A DNA stretch of 63,955 nt, counting the filler, from Octopus bimaculoides (lineage: Eukaryota): the NCBI RefSeq assembly GCF_001194135.2. It is 5 parts of 5 records of this genome, joined end to end, with 100 filler letters (N's around TTAATTAATTAA, not from the genome) between each part and the next. Parts side by side here need not be neighbours in the genome. Positions count along the whole stretch, not along the records: positions 57,811 to 62,689 come from NC_068981.1; positions 62,790 to 63,955 come from NC_068982.1; 3 more parts are not named here. The stretch is one strand, 5' to 3'. The translations under genes and the position numbers were made by a program. A model generated the notes under the pieces. That model did not search any database, was not told the origin of the DNA, and worked only from the letters and a program-made list of their open reading frames with translations. Positions 61,201 through 63,955 of this stretch are shown here, in pieces; the first letter of the stretch is position 1, and each line of letters starts with the position of its first letter.

Positions 61201-61590
61201 AGGCGCAGGAGAGGCTGTGTGGTAAGTAGCTTGCTTACCAACCACATGGTTCCGGGTTCAGTTCCACTGCGTGGCACTTTGGGCAGGTGTCTTCTACTAT
61301 AGCCTCGGGCCGACCAAAGCCTTGTGAGTGGATTTGGTAGACGGAAACTGAAAGAAGACCGTNNNNNNNNNNTGTGTGTGTGTGTGTGTGTGTGTGTTTG
61401 TCCCCCCAACATCGCTTGACAACCGATGCTGGTGTGTTTACATCCCCGTAACTTAGCGGTTCGGTAAAAAAGACCGATAGAATAAGTACTAGGCTTACAA
61501 AAAATAAGTCCTGGGGTCGATTTGCTCGACTAAAGGCGGTGCTCCAGCATGGCCGCAGTCAAATGACTGAAACAAGTAAAAGAGTAAAGC
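61201..61590 (+). mobile_element. Full-length young tRNA-derived SINE with central microsatellite
   Basis: GGCTGTGTGGTAAGTAGCTTGC...GGTTCCGGGTTCAGTTCC head, (TG)n centre and GGCGGTGCTCCAGCATGGCCGCAGTC...GAAACAAGTAAAAGAGTAAAG tail. Confidence 0.92.
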
Positions 61591-62118
61591 ATTGCACAGT
61601 TTGTGTAATTTGTATAAACAAAAAGAAACTGTCTCTGATGAGATGATAATTTTCTGCGAAAGAGTTTATAACAAGATTCCCGGTATTATGAGAACAATAG
61701 GGTGTTTTCACATCGTCCGCAACTCCAATAATCAGAGGATTTTAGATAATTATGTATTTTTGTCTTCATTGTCAGTTTGAGGTGTGCATTGTGTTCTATG
61801 TAAATATATGCTATTTAATTAATTGCGAAGCCGAGTAATCTTTTTATATGCAGATCACAGGCGAATATATAATACCTTGTTAAGCAAGTTCTATATACAT
61901 ATGTTAAATTGTAAATCGTCTGAGTAGCCGAAGAATAAATAGTGCAGTACAACTACTCTAATAAATAGACTTTTATCTACGAAGAAAATCTGCAAGAAAA
62001 TACCCAATTATTTTTCTGTTTACATAAGAGAACATGTTTTCACATCATTTGTAATCCACACTGCTAAAGACTTTCAAATAAATAACTGTAGATATTTTAT
62101 ACATTATATATTTTTCAG

Positions 62119-62480
62119 GGTAGCTTGCTTCCCAACTACACGGTTCCGAGTTCAATCCCATTGTGTGGCACCTTGGGCAAGTGTCTTCTACCATAGCCTC
62201 GGGCCGACCAAAGCTTTGTGATTGGATTTGGTAGTCATGTGTGTATATCTTTCTGCATGTGTTTTTACCCCACCACCACCATCGCTTGATAACTGATGTT
62301 GGGATATTTAGGTCCCTGTAACATGTCGGTTCGGCAAAAGAGAACGATAGAATAAGTACTAGGCTTACAAAATATAAGTCCTGGGGTCAATTTCTTTAAC
62401 TAAAAAAAAAAACCTTTAAGGCGGTGCTCCAGCATGGCTGCAGTCAAATGATTGAAACAAGTAAAAGAATAAAAGAATAG
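62119..62480 (+). mobile_element. Older copy of the same SINE
   Basis: Colinear with 61201-61590. Confidence 0.88.
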
Positions 62481-62789
62481 ACTGATTTCAATTTTTCTTT
62501 CCCTTCAGTCGCTAATGCTCTTGAGCAAAGTCAAACTGATTGTGCTGTGGGGAATCCGTTAAAACGCAACTCTTATCTCTTTTATACTCTTTTTTACTTG
62601 TTTCAATTATTTTATCGGACTGCGGCACTTCATCTGTCAGTCACTTTTGCCTCACCTTTAAGTTACGAAGTGGTAAACGGATCAACAAANNNNNNNNNNN
62701 NNNNNNNNNNNNNNNNNNNNNNNNNNNNNNNNNTTAATTAATTAANNNNNNNNNNNNNNNNNNNNNNNNNNNNNNNNNNNNNNNNNNNN

Positions 62790-62844
<55 letters not shown>

Positions 62845-63129
62845 ACATAAATGAAAACAGTGGCACAAAGGACGACAGACAAAGAAATTTACAGGAAAGT
62901 AGAAAACAGTATGCACAGAGAAGACGTAGACAAGCTCAATTCTTCACTATTTCAACATATTTAAAAATAAAATCGAGACAAGTAAAATAAAAGAATGACG
63001 AAGTCTGCAGACCGAGCGATAAATAAAGACAAGTTGTGAGGAGGACAGAAAAAATAATAAAAAGAACAAAAAACATACAGCAAATACAGTAACACCAAAA
63101 CAAAAATGACACAGATATTACATTCATAG

Positions 63130-63190
63130 ATGGTCTTTCAAATTAGCGACAGCGAGGGGTCGAGCTGTGCCAAATAACCCTAACAGAAAA
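63130..63190 (+). CDS. Candidate 61-nt exon (WSFKLATARGRAVPNNPNRK)
   Basis: attacattcatAG|ATGGTC...AGAAAA|GTGAGT. Only the phase-2 frame is open, and no homology is recognised. Confidence 0.28.
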
Positions 63191-63382
63191 GTGAGTGGGG
63201 TCTCTTGGCCTTGAGAAAAATATTTTGAAGGTTTGGCAATCCAGGAGCTGCTGAAAAATATGCATATATACAACTGTGTGTGTATGTATAAATATGTGCG
63301 TATATAAGTGTATGATGAATGTATGAGTGTTTGCTTATGTATGTGTTTGCATGTGCGTTTGTGTGTGTGCATGAATATGTGT

Positions 63383-63438
<56 letters not shown>

Positions 63439-63453
63439 CTGGCNNNNNNNNNN

Positions 63454-63517
<64 letters not shown>

Positions 63518-63955
63518 CTGGCAACGTAGTGCCTTAGAATGCAGTTAAATTACGTGTTTGTTCTTTAGGTTTAAGTCAACCGTGATCAAACAAATCCATA
63601 GCAGAATGTTAGTCGATCGAGCGACAAAAAGCTACGATTTGCAAACGTGCTGATGTTTCTTCGTTCGACCGGCGTTCAAACCATGACTGTTATATGGACT
63701 GTTAGATATGTAACTCGTCTGACGTTCCGTGTGTCATGTGGTTCGTCTGAGTTCATTGTTTCATTGTTGTTGTCTTGTGGGACTGTCGTAGTAAAATGTC
63801 ATTGATATATATATGGCGGACATGACTTTTGTTTATTCATAACGAACATTGGGTGAGTGCGTTCTTTGTATGTAATTGAACAATAAATGTAATAATTAAA
63901 TTGTATAACTCGTTATGTTATCTCTGCGAGTCAGTCCGAGGGAAACATAACAATG

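Noticed and set aside
10596-62789. TTAATTAATTAA repeated four times inside N runs
   Set aside because: The 44N-12-44N geometry is identical each time, so this is an artificial join spacer and not a biological motif.
116-63537. HTHT, CVCV, YIYI and ERER ORFs resembling low-complexity proteins
   Set aside because: They are dinucleotide microsatellite translations.

Overview
This window is AT-rich, microsatellite-dense eukaryotic DNA from a draft assembly. The SINE and RTE repeat families and the repeat density point to an octopus, probably O. bimaculoides-like (inference). Four 100-bp spacers (44 N + TTAATTAATTAA + 44 N) split it into five separately assembled pieces: 1-10595, 10696-36197, 36298-57710, 57811-62689 and 62790-63955. 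No intact protein-coding gene can be named, and most listed ORFs are microsatellite or N artefacts. Recognisable content is mostly decayed mobile DNA: RTE, CR1-like and R4/Dong LINEs; Penelope-like elements with hammerhead-ribozyme relics; a hAT (DUF4371/ZMYM1-like) transposase relic; two DD37D maT elements and one DD34D mariner; a solo LTR nested in one maT; piggyBac-, Tc1- and Merlin-like MITEs; several tRNA-derived SINE families; and a mutated initiator tRNA-Met copy. The most interesting unexplained signal is the non-repetitive DNA at about 15.8-31.4 kb. It supports two competing spliced models. One is a plus-strand chain of frame-preserving phase-1 microexons (54, 3 and 27 nt) with UGC motifs. 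The other is a minus-strand chain of phase-compatible exons interrupted only by a TAA and a TGA. Both models are sequence-only inferences that need RNA data.
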